Positions 48,963-62,200 of a stretch of DNA of 64,000 bases are shown in pieces. The notes under the pieces were generated by a model. That model made no database searches, was not told the origin of the DNA, and worked only from the letters and a program-made list of their open reading frames with translations. Every line of letters begins with the position of its first letter. The first letter of the stretch is position 1. A program made the translations under genes and the position numbers. Origin of the DNA: Octopus sinensis (lineage: Eukaryota); NCBI RefSeq assembly GCF_006345805.1, contig NC_043001.1, forward strand, positions 39,742,001 through 39,806,000, read 5' to 3'.

Positions 48963-49271
48963 CCTTATATCTCAAAGTAAAAACAGCAGTTTTTTTTCCT
49001 ATGGAGTTTTCCACTGTTAAGGTATAAGTACCAATATCATCATCTTTGATGTCTTCTCTCTTTAAACTAGTACAGCTTCCTTTGAAAGGAAACTCATCTT
49101 GTAAATAATCAGTTATTAAATATTTGTTTGAGTCAATTAATTCCTCATTTTTCTGCCATTTTACATCAGATTTTGGATGTGAATAAAAACACTGTTTGAA
49201 AATTACAGTTTCTTTCTTTGAAACATTTCTAATTTTTGAACCATTTGATAATGAACTGAAAGTAGGTTTCA
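48963..49271 (-). CDS. Ig-like (I-set-like) domain exon (309 nt, phase 1-1)
   Basis: Acceptor ttttttccaccag|, donor AAGG|GTAAGT; VKPTF...QCFYSHPKSDVKW...DDDIGTYTLTVENSIGKKTAVFTLRYK; matches ORF track 48922..49272; the F-strand Cys is replaced by Leu. Confidence 0.9.
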
Positions 49272-51205
49272 CTGGTGGAAAAAAAATATATTAAATGAGA
49301 AAAATAACAATATATATTATAAATTTGAAATAGAAGATTTCTAAGTTTTCAAAAAAAAAATAAGATGAAATAATAAAACAAACTATGTAATTTGATAACA
49401 AAAATTTACTTTCAGACTAATTCAGCTAGTATTTAATGCTAAATACTACATTGAAAATTCTAAACATCTGCATTGAAAATTCTAAACATCCCTAGATTTC
49501 AAACAAACTCAGCTAATCATCCCATCCAATGACAACCTCTACAGCAACTATAACATATTTTGCAGTGTATAGTTCCAGAAGATCTTCTAACATTGTTGTC
49601 TCATCACATTCCACTTGATCAAGTCACCTAACTGCCAGCATTTCTCTAAATCTTACACTCACAATCTGTTGTAGTAAGTATGTAAAATATCTGAATAACC
49701 TGCCAAATGCCAAATACATTTTTAATTCTTGTGTAAGACCCTCTCAATTTTACATATCACTAAATCATGTGGATTAACTACCAGTGAGTAATTTACAGGA
49801 ATCTGTTCTATAAATAATAATACATTACCTGAAAGAAATTCATTCATACATACAAGTCTTCATTATCAAGATTAATAATAGAGTAAAATACACCTTTATG
49901 TAATATTAGATTTTATCACTCTTAATTCCAAATCCACAAATTTTTGCTTATTAGACATCTGGCAACTTTGTGAAAGAGTCTTATTCACCACTTTTTAACC
50001 AGTCCAATCATATGGACATATGCATATGGCAGTCAATTCTGTGATATTAGCTACCTATATTATATTCCTATACATGACAAACGCTCAGTCAGTTACTTGT
50101 TTTCAACACTACTCATTATTTAAGATGTGACCATTTTGGCTTTTAAGTACAAAAAAGCCTTTGATCACTTAAAACTAGCAAGTCAAGTTAATAATTTCAA
50201 ATGTTATCTAAAAATAGATAACACTTACTGATTATTTTCATATATTTGATCAAAAGCAAGTGGCCAATGTGTAACATAAAAGAAATATTTTCAAAGGAAC
50301 TGTATTAGATTTCACTTGAGAGATTTTGAGATTTATGATAATGTAGGAAGCAATTTACATTATCTGATATTGTCCTAGATATCACACTGAAATTGTTCCT
50401 GAAAATTGACTAATTCCTTACAAGTTTTGAAATTTATCATTCTCAAATATCACTTAATCCAAAATGTGTATCATCTCCATTAAAGACAATCTCTCCAATG
50501 CAGCTCAGAAACAATCAGTATTTCTAAGATTATACTGATAATCTTGATTCATCGGTTCTTATATTACCTTAAGTCTCAAGACATCAGAAGTAGCAGACAT
50601 TCTATAAACCATCCCGTTTATGTTACACAGTGTCTTTCATACAGACCTAAACATGATATAGATATTTCTTTTCTCTCTAAAGCTAACAAATATAACATAA
50701 TATAAAATTTAAATGAAAATTACTAACTATTAAAAGTTTTAGGAATGTTTTTGGAAAGATCTATTGTAACATTTAGAAAACAAATAATTTATTTGCCAAA
50801 ATTGTATATCTTTATAAACTAAATTACTGTAACAAGAAATATTTGATGACCTTGCCTGATAAGTTAATTTGCTGTATATTCATTATACAGGTATACAATA
50901 GACGGTTGAAATGGAACAAACTAAATAATAAGAAAATTCAATAGGGAAACTATTTCACTGAATAATATGAATGTATAAAATTTTTTTGAAAACAGCTTCA
51001 CTTCTTTTGGAGAAAATCAGATGAATTGAATTCTTAACTATTTACATATCAAACCATTCCTAAAACTTTATAGTTACAAATTGTCAGTTTTATTGATATG
51101 CATAAAAAAACACAGTCCAACAATCTTCTAATAGGATAAAATCAAATAAATAACTGATTGTAAATATGTTTTTAAAATTAAATTGTGACTTTGTAAAATA
51201 CTTGC

Positions 51206-51457
51206 CTTGAATTTTGTAGTTTGATGATTTACTCACGTTAAAATATTCATTGCTTACATGACACTTCCATGTACCAGTATCATTTAAAGTAGGATTGTTT
51301 ATAGGTAATACTCTCATATCATAAGTATTCTTAGTGACATTTCCCCATTTTTGCTCCAGTTTGTATGTATGATTGTCTGGGTTTCCATCAAATGCAGAGC
51401 AATTAATTGTTATATTATTTGTCTTATTTGAAATATGTAAGTTTACTTGAGGAGGAT
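51206..51457 (-). CDS. Ig-like domain exon (252 nt, phase 1-1)
   Basis: Acceptor ttatttcttttaag|; translates xPPQVNLHISNKTNNITINCSAFDGNPDNHTYKLEQKWGNVTKNTYDMRVLPINNPTLNDTGTWKCHVSNEYFNVSKSSNYKIQ, with a B-strand Cys, a DGNP turn and a DTGTWKC F-strand; donor CAAG|GCAAGT. Confidence 0.9.
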
Positions 51458-52189
51458 CTTAAAAGAAATAACAAAAACAAAATCAGAAAGCAGTTTCAGT
51501 TTAGAAAATATAATAAAAATTAATACAAAATTTCAGTTCCATACACATTTCAAAAATAAATTTATAAATAATATGGTTATAGTAATACATGAATGTGCCC
51601 ATGGTAATGCCACAAGAGTGCTGGTTTGCTTCAGTAGGTTCCACTGAACCTTGTGGTATGCAACCAATTGAAGCACTTGCTACTGCATTGAGGTTTGTTT
51701 TTTCTTTCTCCCATTTTTTTATGCTTTTATTTTGTAAAATATATTCTTGTTCATACCCTGTAAGTCTCCATATTCTAAGATTGTCATTGAATTCGTTTTC
51801 TTATTAAGAAAATCACAGCAAGACACAGTTAGGGATCTAAACCACTACAAATCCATAATCTTAGAGCAGCATGAACTTGACCTTATAGCTAATGAAACAT
51901 CATATTTTCAAGGGCTACTACAGTGGGATGCACTTTCAGTGAGTACACTGCATCAAATTTCCACCCAATTCTATTTTACATATCAAACAATGCAACTTTC
52001 CAGATGGCGAAAGAGTCTTGTATGTTTTCTGATTTATTAAAACTTTAATGTTGTCAAGTTAACGTTGAGGCCCTTTGATTTCAAGATTTGCTTTCACACC
52101 AGTAACTTTTTCTCCTCCTACTAGCTTAAGCAAAGCAATAAGGAAAACTACAAAAAAGGGATATCATCATAAAAGAATTCCCACGGACA

Positions 52190-52360
52190 CTCAGTCTTAA
52201 GCACTCCTGGACACCTTTGATAAGTATAAAGGAATTAAGCATTGATGGTATCCTACCTACACACTAACTTCATCACTCATTGCTAATTCTCATCATGTTG
52301 ATAGCACTCCTGTATATGTCTTGTATGGCTTTCACAAGCCATTCATCTACTCCTTCATCT
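52190..52360 (-). mobile_element. Short RTE RT fragment
   Basis: EWLVKAIQDIYRSAINMMRISNE-like. Confidence 0.5.
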
Positions 52361-53199
52361 GTAATCACTGATCAGTGGGCGCATTTTAATGTGGCACTAA
52401 CACTAGAGAAGTTTTTATATTCTAGGCTAGACAACATTAAAGATTCCTCTTAATCCTATATTTTCTCTGCTCATTTACCAATCTTTTCATCATCATCATC
52501 ATCATCATCATCATTTAATGTCTACTTTCTATGCTGGCATGTGTTAGACTGTTTGACTGGAATTAGTAAGCTAGAGGGCTTACATCAAGTTCCAGTCTAA
52601 TTTGGCATGGTTTCTATGGCTGGATGCTCTTCTTAATACCAACTACTCCAAGAGTGTAATGAGTGCTTTTACATGCCACCAGCACAGGTGCCATTTACAT
52701 GACATCAGTAATAGCTATGACTTAGATTTCACTAGGCTTGATGAGACTTTCCAAGCACAGCATATCACCAAAGGTCTCAGTCCTTTGTTATCGTCTCCGT
52801 GAGGCTCAACATTCGAAGATCATGATACCAGCAAAGGGCTACAATTACAATTTCCCAGGTGTCATTGACACTGCAATTTCACTTTGTGTGATGAGTCTTT
52901 TCAAGCACTGCATATTGCCAATTGTCTCAATCACTTGTTATCATCTCCATTAGGCCCAACATTCAAAGATCAGGCTTCACCACCCATGTCTTTCTGGATT
53001 TACCTCTTCCACAGGTTCCCTCCACAGTTAGCAATCAGTATTTCTTTTCACAATTCTTTTCTATCCTTGCTTATGCACATCACTGAATTCTTCACTATAC
53101 TCATTACCAACACTCACAGTTAGCAATCAGCATTTCTTTTCACAATTCTTTTCTATCCTTGCCTATGCACATCACTGAATTCTGCACTATACTCATTAC

Positions 53200-53750
53200 C
53201 AACCCTCACCTTACTGACAGCATCCCTGTACAGGGCTTGTACAGCTCTCACCAACCACTCTTATACCCCTAGTTTTCGTATTGATCACCAGATAAGGAAT
53301 CAGGTGATCCTGCCAAAGACTTTCTCCATGTCAACAAAAGCCAAGTACAGAGGTTTATCTTTAGCTACGTATTTCCCCTGCAGTTGCCTTACCAGAATTA
53401 CAGAATCAGTGGTGCTTCTGCCTGGCACAAAACCAAACTGCATCTCATTTAGACTAACCCTCTCCCTAATTAGTTGGGCTAAGGCCCTTTGCATAACCTT
53501 CATCAATTAATCCAACAATATGATACCTCTGTAATTATTTCTGTCTCAGGTGTCACCTTTACTTTGTTGCAGTTGACTATGATGCAGTTACACCGGTCAC
53601 TGCGTATGACTCCCTCATGTACAACCTAGTTAACTTATATAGGTGACTAAACCATAATCCACACAACCTGATATTTTAAGCATATCAGTGGCGATTCCTG
53701 ATGGGCCAGGGGCTTTCCTGGTCTTCATATCCTTCATGGTTTTATCTACC
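53200..53750 (-). mobile_element. RTE RT fragment
   Basis: QFGFVPGRSTTDSVILVRQLQGKYVAKDKPLYLAFVDMEKVF. Confidence 0.85.
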
Positions 53751-53949
53751 ATGCTTGTGTATTGTAAATATTTTTTCTTATCCCTATACAAGTGATGAAA
53801 CTCAAACTGAGGCAGATTCTAGTGGAAGCTGATATATTTTTCAGCTGTAAATATCTCTTCCTAGTTACTCTGAAAATGGAATAATGATGTTGCCAACCAT
53901 GTAACCTAAGCACAACAGCACATTTTATTGCCACATTCTTCAGAGATTT

Positions 53950-54174
53950 AACCCTTTAACATTTAAACTAGTCATATCTGGCCCAAATGATTTATATGTT
54001 TTATGTTCAAACTGACCACATCAAGCCTCTCACACCAACCCAACAATGTCTCTCTAAAAATAAAGTCACATCATTGAAATCTTGAAACTACAAGATAATA
54101 CATGATTAATTCAAAAGAATGTGAATAATTCAGCATTATATTTGACAGTGTAATCTAAAAGCTAAAACGTTAAA
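53950..54174. mobile_element. Short MITE-like repeat
   Basis: Ends ttaaccctttaacattta / taaaagctaaaacgttaa are degenerate inverted termini. Confidence 0.45.
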
Positions 54175-54811
54175 GTGTTCCATTTCTAACAGTAAAATTA
54201 TCTTCCACTTTTTTAATTCGATGAGTAAATGTTTTTACAGATTATGCATTCAGACATCTAATTTCTCAAGTTTCTGTTCTAAGGAGAGATGTTTCAATTA
54301 AAGATGTCTCTGTAAAACATTAATTTGACAACTATTTCTCTATCAGTAACTCTATCAATAGTTATAGGAGAAATTAAATTTTCCCATTTAAAACCTATCA
54401 AAAGATATGTCAATATGCAGAAATAGGGCAGTTAAAGATATTTACAGAATATACTAATAGAAACAAGGTGGTTTTAAAGATCAGAACAACCACAAATACT
54501 GAAATCATCAGAACTGGATAAATTGATATGAAGGTTGTTCACAATAACTCTATCAGTAAAATAAAGTATCAACAATCCCAAACCATTTATTAATTCATTT
54601 GTTCATTCACAGAAGATCATTTTCCTAATCTTAGGAAGTTCTGAATCTGAACAGCAAAAATATTGCAAAGTATGGGTGTCATGAATATTATTCTCAGAGT
54701 AAATACAATGGATATGGTAGCAACAGCATGTTAGATGGAAGCATTATATGATTACTTAGAGTTAAGTCAACTACAAGTAGCTTCAGTTTTTGCTTTTTCT
54801 AAAATTTTCTA

Positions 54812-56309
54812 CACTGGCAAAAATAAATTTAAGGCAAAAATAAATTTAAGACTGATGATAAAAGTTCTATTTCTTACAAAATATTTTGTTACTAACACCA
54901 TACAAATTATTTTTATATTTTACACCTTATGCAGAATTTATTTCTCTTTCGAATGGTGCAGACAATAACTATTTTTATACAACTTGAAGAATTCTAATGC
55001 TAAATTAATATAAACATTTCAAATTTACTGGCAAAATTAGTTTAAGACCGTATCATTATAATTTTATTTAAAGCTGAGCAACAAGAACGAAATACACATT
55101 AGTACTTTGTGCCGTAGCCTTTATTCTTAATAATGGCTGAACAACGCCTCGGCATTGAATTCACTAAGTGATTACAAAATTCTATGGGAATGTTTTGCCA
55201 TATTTCATTGATACAATAGAATAATTGTTTTAGATTAGATGGTTTTTTGGCATGGACGTTTTTGGAAACATAATTCCACAAGTTCTCGATTGGATTCAGG
55301 TCTGGGCTCTGGGGAGGTCATTCAATTACGTCAATATTATGGTGATCAAAAAATTCCATAACCTTTTTGGCTTTGTGCACAGGACTAATCCTGCTGATAA
55401 ATAGCCCCCGGAGGCATTTGTTGAGTCAAATATGGCACAACATTATCCTTTAGTAGATTCATATAACCTATACTATTTAGCTTTCCATCAACTTTAACTA
55501 GAGGGCTAACACCAAAGCTACTAAATGCCGCTCACACCATCACACCCCCACCCTCACTTGCGCCGTCTTTTTCATGCATTTTGGATGGAATTTCTCGGTT
55601 GGGCGATGTCTGACGTATGTTTTACCATCTGATCCAAATATACAGAAGCATGACTCATGACTCCAAAGGACCCTTCACCAATCTTCAGCAGTCCATTGAG
55701 CGTGGCTTTTTGTGAAATTAAGGTGTTTGAGTCGATTTCTTTCGGATATTATTGGCTTTTTCCTAGCAATTCGTCCATGTAGTCCAAATTCTCTCAAACG
55801 GTTGTGGACGGTTTGTGGTGTAAAAATAACACCATTCTCGTTGGACAATTGTTTACAAATGTCAATGGCTGTCAGCATTCGGTTGCCTTCTGAAAGTCAG
55901 TGGATTCGACAGGCCAACTGCGCCGTCGTTTTTCATGGGGTGTCAGTCCTTTGCCGATCTTTATATTGACCAGTCTCCGAGTATAACTTCCACACTTGCA
56001 CGCAAGCTGTTTTACTGAACTTTAGTTGCATGCTGATGATCGAAAAGGAAACTTTTTGCTGGTGAAGTAATACGATTTTTGCTATCGTGACTGGACTGAG
56101 GTTACATTGTTTTCCCATTATTAATCAATTGTATAAAAACGTTAAATTATAACAGTATATAGTGCAGTTAGGCTAGTTGTATAACCACGCATTTTGGCAA
56201 AAAATTTTGCATACATATTACATGGTCTTAAACTAATTTTGCCGGTAAATTTGAAACGTTTATATTAATTTAGCATTAGAAGTTGTATAAAAATAGTTAT
56301 TGTCTGCAT
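54812..56309 (-). mobile_element. Degenerate Tc1 (DD34E) transposon with IR/DR-type TIRs; right TIR truncated
   Basis: RIARKKPII, PQSPDLNPIENLW, SMPRRCSAIIKNKGYGTKY; 54957-55050 is inverted at 56224-56308; outer and inner DRs actggcaaaa...tttaagac. Confidence 0.9.
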
Positions 56310-57607
56310 CGGCAGAATTCTTGTGTTTCCGTGCTGTGGAGAAGGATAGCCTCACGCCAATGGGTGTAGTGGTCTACCAAGGTCAGTAGATACAAGCAAC
56401 CCTGTGAAGGTGGTAGGGGGCCAACAAGATCGATGTTGACATGGCTGAATCAGGCCTGAGGTGGTTCATAGTTGTCGAGAGGTGCTTTGGTGTGTTGACG
56501 GACCTTGGCTTGTTGACAGGGATGCAGGTCCTGATCTAGTTTCCGATTTGCTTGGCCATACCATGCCAGATAAATTTGCTTGACAGCAGCTACTGTGTGG
56601 CTTTAGTACCTGGGTGGGAAAGTCTGTGAATTACATCAAAAACTTTCTTGCGCCAGGCTGATGGGACAATCGGTCATGGCTTCCCAGTGGATATGTCACA
56701 CATTAGGGTTGTGCCGTTAGAGCCAAAGTGTACATCCTGCAAAAAAGGTGATGTGATGGCAGTGTGGTAGGCCCTGATCTCATCATTTGTCTGTTGGGTT
56801 GCAGCCATAGCTTCATAATCTACGCCTTCCATTATTGGGGCTAGGAAGGTGTGAGAGCAAGTTGGAACATGAGAGAGTGCATTGGTAACTGGGTTGCCCA
56901 TGCCAGCTATGTGTTGGATGTCTGTGGTGTACTAAAAAATGGCCAATAGCTGTCATTGCTGGCGTGCAGACCAAGTCTCCAAGAGCTTGCTCATAACAAA
57001 GGTGAGTGGTTTATGGGCTGTGAACCCTGTAAACGTGCAGCATTCAAGGAAATAGCGAAAGTGGCAGACACCTAGACGGGCAGCCAGTAGCTCCCTGTCA
57101 AAAGCACTGTATTTCTGTTCAGGGCGTTGTAATTGTCGACTGGAGAAGGCAAATGGTTGCTACTGGCTGTTGATGTGTTGTTCCAAAACACTCCCAAAGG
57201 CTGTGTCAGATGCGTCAACTGCGAGTGCAGTTCAAGATGACATATGGGGATGGGACAAAATGGTTGCTTTAGCCAGGACTTCTTTTATGGATTTGAAGGC
57301 TGAAGTCATTGTACTATCCCACTCCACCTGTCTTTTTGAACCCTCTTTTGACAGTGCCTTGTATAGGGGTCTCATCATTATTACTGCAGAAGGCATGAAG
57401 CGATGGTAAAAGTTTACCATGCCCACAAATTGGTGTAGAGCCTTGCTTGTGGTGGGGCATGGAAAGGATAGGATAGCTTTCACTTTTTCTGGCAGGGGTG
57501 TAGTGCCGTCACCTGTGATTCAATGTCCCAAGAAGTTGATTTTTGTAACACCAAAAACGCACTTGACAGGGTTGATTACTAATCCATACTGTTCCAGCAT
57601 GTTGTTG

Positions 57608-57668
<61 letters not shown>

Positions 57669-60600
57669 GTATTGAGTATTAAAGGAAGTAGTGAGTACTT
57701 AGTATGAAAGATTAAGAAAGTGAGAGAGACTGAAAAAACGTGTTAACGATACGAGATACTTTATTAGACTGCGCGTTGTTGTACAAGGTATTTCTTTGTT
57801 GTGGCGGGAAACTTACTGATTGTCCTTGTATCAAGGGAGACAATGGGCAACGTTAATTGTTCATGTTTGTTGTGATGATTACATAACATCTTCCCTTTTT
57901 TTAATTTTTTTTTTATCTGTATCTACAGGGAATAATTATTCGTCGTCCACTTTTTGTTGTTTTATTATTTCGTAGTGTTGAATTCTGTAGTTATGCTGTT
58001 TTTGTTTTTTCATGCGTGTTTGTTGACTTTGGAAATATATTTTCATAATCTAATTCTTCTGTTATGCGAACGTGTTCGTTTGTTTTAAGAATATGTCGTC
58101 TATTTCGTTTGACTGTATTACCTTCCTCTGTTATTATTAAGTATGAACGAGGTTGCTCTAGTTTTTTAATTATTTTGCCCCTTCTAAACCAATTGTTGTT
58201 AAACTTAATTCTAACCGTGTCGTGTGGTTTTAACTCTGGGAGTTCTGTTGTAATGTTTGATTTCTTCTTTTCGTGAGGCCTGATACCAATTTTGTCGTGT
58301 AGTATGTTTGGGAGATTTGTTCGCAATGTTCTATTCATTATTTGATTTGCAGGGGATGGTGCACCATTTTGTAATTTAGTCGTGCGTAATGCTAAGAGCG
58401 CTAACTGAGGTTCTTCGCCACTTTTGAATGCCTTTTTTAGCGTCTTTTTTATTGTCTGTATATTTCTCTCAACCATGCCATTCGCTTGATGATAATGCAG
58501 GTTTGTCTTCGTGTGATGAAAATGCAAATTTTTTGCAAATTTTTTGAATTCAGCCGAATTGAATTCTGGACCGTTGTCACTTACAACTGTTCGCGGAATT
58601 CCGAATTTAGCAAAAGTTTCTTTTAATTTTTTGATTACGGTTTTTGACTGGCAATCATTTATTTCGTGTAGATCAAAAAATCTTGTTGTATAGTCAATAA
58701 TTGTGACATACGAATTTCCAGACAGGTGAAATACGTCTGTACCCACTTTGGTCCATGGTATAGTAGGTATTTCATGATTTATTAGTGGTTCGGCTGGTTG
58801 TTGGTTTTTGTAGTCGATGCAGTATGAGCATGTGTTAATCATGTCTTTGATTTGAGCGTTAATGCCGGGCCAGTATATACATTCCTTCGCTCTCTCTATG
58901 CATTTTTCGATACCCATGTGTCCGGTATGTATTTCCTGTAGAGCTTCTCTACGTAATGACTTAGGTACAATTATTCTTGAACCTTTTAGAACGAGACTAT
59001 TGACGATTGATATTTCATCACGAACGGAGACGAATGGTTTGATGTTTATTGGTATTTTGTCTTTTGGGGGCCATTCTGTTCTTTTATATGTGATGAGTGT
59101 CTGTAGTGACGGGTCGTCTGTAGTGACGGGTCGTCTGCAGTGGCTTCTTTGTACTCGTTTAATTTAGTGTCGGTTATGGGGTAATTTTTTATTACTGCAT
59201 GTATGTGCGATTTCATATCTTCGTCTGATACTTCTGGAGTATTTTGCTCAAGGTATGCACGTGATAGGGTATCTGCAACAACTGATTCTTCACATTTTTC
59301 TATTATGTCGTTTGTGTTCGACGAATTTATTTTTGAAATTCTCTGAATTAGGTTCAGATCTTTAGCTGTCTTTGCATCTATAACTGCGTGCGGGTTTGTT
59401 TTTGCAACAATGAATTTTATTTGTTTTGATAATTCTTTGTATTTAATGACTGCTGTGCATTTTCCTAGCACTTTTATAGCTGTGTTATTGTAAGCTGATA
59501 ACCGAGTTGAGGTTTTTTGCAGTTGTAGTTTTGGAATTATAGTTTTATATTCTCTGAATGGCAGTACGGTTACGTCTGCTCCAGTATCAATTTTGAATGT
59601 TACATTCGAGTTATTCACTTTTAGTTCGACCGTCCAAATGTCTTTTGGAGTCTTGAACTTTTCGATTTTGTGCACGCGGGAATTATTTGAAGTGATCATT
59701 TCGAGTGCATGTGTATCGTCATCTGATTCATCGTCGGTATGTATCTCTACTTTATGTACAAATTTTCTTGATTTGCACATTTTTGCATAGTGTCCTTTTT
59801 TCTTGCATTTTTCACGTCTTGTGAAATGCTGGGCATTTATTTCTTTTGTGATTATAACCACAATAGTGACAGTTAGTGACGTAGTGTTGACTTGGCGCTT
59901 GAAACTTCGCGGGCTTTCTGTCACATCCGCCTTGTTCGTTTTGATGTCTGGATTGCATATGGCTAGTTATTTGAGTTTTGGCGCCTTTTCTGTCGTGTTG
60001 ACTATATACCCTCGAGATTTCGTTATCTCTTGTTTCGGATGTGGCATTTAGCATCCTTGATTGGAGTCGTGTTTGCTCTGCACTCTGACCTGCTTGAATT
60101 GTGTTTTGTAAGTCTAAATTTGGTTCTCTCAATAATCTTTCTCTTAGTCTCATGTCTCTGATTCCACATATCAGAATATCTCTGGTGAGACTGTCTGTGA
60201 GGTTGCCGAATTCGCACTGTTGTGCCTTTTGGCGCAACTCTACCACGTACTCATCGAATTTTTGATGTTCCGCTTGTTCACATGTGAAGAATTTGTGTCT
60301 CAGGAAAGTTATGTTTTTCCTGAGTTCACAATATGTATCGAATTTTTCGATTACTGTTTGAAGGTTCATTTCTTCGTCGGGTGAATCGAAATCCAGAGTG
60401 GAATGGATGTCTCGGCCTTTGGAACCGATGCAAGTTAAAAACATTGAAGTTTTTACTTTGTCTGGCTTTATGTCACTTTCTGTTGCTATCAAAAAGAGAT
60501 TGAATTCTTTTTCCCACTTTTTCCATGCTGCGGCTAGATTTTCCTGATTAAAGTCTAGGTCTTTTGGATGCGGTAAATTTTCCATTTCGTCTTTGAAGTA

Positions 60601-62200
60601 TGATTTCAATTTCTTTTTTCTTTTGGTTTCTGTATTTTGGGTTCTTTTAGTATTCTGACACCATGTTGTTGTTATATATATATATAATGTATTGAGTATT
60701 AAAGGAAGTAGTGAGTACTTAGTATGAAAGATTAAGAAAGTGAGAGAGACTGAAAAAACGTGTTAACGATACGAGATACTTTATTAGACTGCGCGTTGTT
60801 GTACAAGGTATTTCTTTGTTGTGGCGGGAAACTTACTGATTGTCCTTGTATCAAGGGAGACAATGGACAACGTTAATTGTTCATGTTTGTTGTGATGATT
60901 ACATAACACAGCCTATCAAAAAGAGTCACTAGGTGCTTTTTATGTAGCTCCGTATTTTGGCTTGAATATCATCTAAGTATGCAAAAACAAAATTGAGACC
61001 TCTTCACACAGTATCCATCAAGCATTTTTCAGCCCAAAGGGTGTCCGTAGGAATTTGTACAGACTGAAAGGAGTCATCACAGCAGTTTTCAGTACATCGT
61101 CGTGGTATCCTCGGATAAGGTCAACCTTCGAGAAAACTGAGCACCCAGCTAGCTGGGCTGAGAAATCCTGTATAAGTGGAATAGGGTAGCAGTCAGGTGT
61201 CGTACCTACGTTGAGACAGTGGTAATTTCCACAGGGTCGATAACATCCATTGGATTGGGGGGCCACATGCAGGGGTGACGATCAGGGACTGCTTGATCAG
61301 TGAACTATGCCCATATTGTTGAACTCGGCCTTTGCAATTACAAGTTTGTCTGGTGATAGACTGCGTGTGCGGTTATGCACTGGGGGCGGTGGTGGAGATG
61401 TGGTGTGTCACCTCATGGTGGACTGTAGGTTTGGAGAATGTCAGAGTAGTGAGATTGAGGTGACTTGCAAGAAGCTTCGAGAATTCATCCTCGGTCTGCG
61501 AAACGGTTACTACGCGGTGGGGGGCAGCATGTGCAGATGTTGCCAGAGACACAGAACCATATGTATTGTTGTCAATGAGTCATCATTGGGGAGGGGGACT
61601 AGTGTTCTGAAGGCTTAGAATCGCTTAATTCCTCCTCCAGTATCTTGGCTGCCACTTCTCATTCACTGCGTTGGAATATATCCACTAGTCTGTTTTTCAA
61701 TATGGCGTATTTGTGCATTGGTTGGGGCTGGGTTAAAATGTCCAGCACCCTCGTTGCTGTATCTTCATCCAGTGCCACTACTACGTACAAATATTTCGTT
61801 AGGTCAGCCGTTACCTTGTTTGTATTGAATTGGGCTTCCACCAGTGTGAACCATATTTCAGCCCTCTTAGGCCAGAATTGCGGTAGCCTCAGTGTTGTTT
61901 TGTCACTTGCTATGTTTGTTTCGATAGCAAGGACTGTTGTTCTATCGCCCGGGTCACCAGTTATAGCTTTGTTAAGTTATACACAACTAAACAGATATTT
62001 ATCAAAGGTTTATTACTCAACGTACATCAGGGCTTATGTCACCAATTATTTCTGTTTAGTTAAACATTTAACACTCACTGCTTACATTATGGTGTTTCTC
62101 TTCTCTCTCCAGAATACCACTTCGCTGCAGACCAAACTCCCTAGCTAGCTCACAGTGAATTTCCTGCCTACAGTTTGTCTGTCATGAATTCTGCCCTACA
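56310..62200 (-). mobile_element. Old 3'-truncated Gypsy element (host of the nested element)
   Basis: LTR about 61960-62200 starting TGTAG; PBS TGGTGACCC (tRNA-Trp-type); gag LPQFWP...EAQF; RT FSKVDLIRGY/PFGLKNA; RNase H VDASD; integrase broken at TQEFC. Confidence 0.88.
57600..60908 (-). mobile_element. Nested non-autonomous Gypsy element lacking RT/RNase H
   Basis: LTRs 57600-57888 and 60664-60908, PBS TGGTGTCAGAA (tRNA-Leu-type), PPT AAAAAAGGGAAGA, TSD CAGCA/CAGCC; gag 59812-60609, protease KIDTGAD, integrase 57991-58917. Confidence 0.93.
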
